From Oopsacas minuta (Eukaryota; Animalia; Porifera), in NCBI GenBank assembly GCA_024704765.1, contig JAKMXF010000122.1, positions 62,001-126,000 of the forward strand: a stretch of DNA of 64,000 bases, read 5' to 3'. A program made the translations under genes and the position numbers. Shown one piece after another: positions 63,245 through 64,000 of this stretch; within the stretch, counting starts at the first letter, position 1, and each line of letters opens with the position of its first letter. The notes beneath the pieces were generated by a model. That model did no database searches. It worked only from the letters and a program-made list of their open reading frames with translations, and was not told the origin of the DNA.

Positions 63245-64000
63245 TCCAGCACCTTTGGGATTTTTCTTATCTCTATCGATTGATTGACACTATATCTTGT
63301 TCATCATATCTAGTTGTTTTTAGTTACGCATCAACCCTCTAAATTCTTATCTAACACGTTTTTCTGAGCTTCCTCTACTCCACTACGCTGATGCAAATCC
63401 ACATAGTGGTATAAGGAGATTGTTGTATGACCACATTTGAATTATTATAGAAAGTGTACTGTTCAAGTCTTTTCGTCACGATTAAGTTCATCTCTTTATG
63501 TAAATTGTATATTAATCACATAGTTTCTATTATTACATTCTTTTGAATGAGTTGAGTGAGTCTCGTGAATCAATTTCTATTGACGCGAAAGGTTGTATGG
63601 AGCATGGGTTTATCCAGGAATGTATAGTGGTGTATTTTTTATTTCAGGAATCTCCTAAAGTGGGACTTTTTTACATGGTAGAACATTTATCCTGTACCAA
63701 TTTGATTCTCACGTCAGCACTTTGGGTTCTACTTTTCTACTGAACTGGCAATTTAATTTCCCGCCAGAACCTAGATAAACCCCTGGTATGGAGATGCTAT
63801 TAGATCTCTTCTGAAATTTGTATTTGGCAACTTAGAATTTTTTTATACGGACTAATCAGCACAGTTCTCAGTAACTTTATGTTATTACTTATATCTGCTC
63901 TTGTTAGTGTATTTGAACTTTGTAATTATTGTGAATATGCTTATATTTGGCATAGACTCATTTTTCCTTTCCATTTAGAATTCAGATCTCCCAGCGCCTT

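Overview
AT-rich eukaryotic (animal-like) genomic DNA with few, mostly intronless host genes set in a dense, nested landscape of DNA transposons and MITEs. Host genes: an NHL-repeat propeller, a two-exon tetraspanin, a glutamine synthetase/lengsin-FluG-like protein, an SLC25A39/40-like mitochondrial carrier and ARL2. The gene style would fit an intron-poor invertebrate such as a glass sponge, but this is an unverified guess. The main result is a complete 3,112-bp RAG1-like/Transib transposon at 11012-14123. It has a 5-bp GC-rich TSD (GGCCG), RSS-type heptamer ends (CGCAGTG left, perfect CACAGTG right) and asymmetric termini: a shared 13-bp block lies 7 bp from the heptamer at one end and 16 bp at the other. 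It encodes an uninterrupted ~710-aa RAG1-core-like transposase with an NBD-like segment, the DDE triad and the zinc ligands, and it has no RAG2-like partner. It sits inside a mariner that itself inserted 2 bp after the glutamine synthetase-like stop codon. A diverged second copy of its 3' end is at 41447. Also present are a Chapaev3-like element, a Buster-type hAT carrying a nested DD37E Tc1-like element, four mariners, and a decayed tyrosine recombinase / zinc finger / OTU cluster. All alignments were done by eye; no searches were run.
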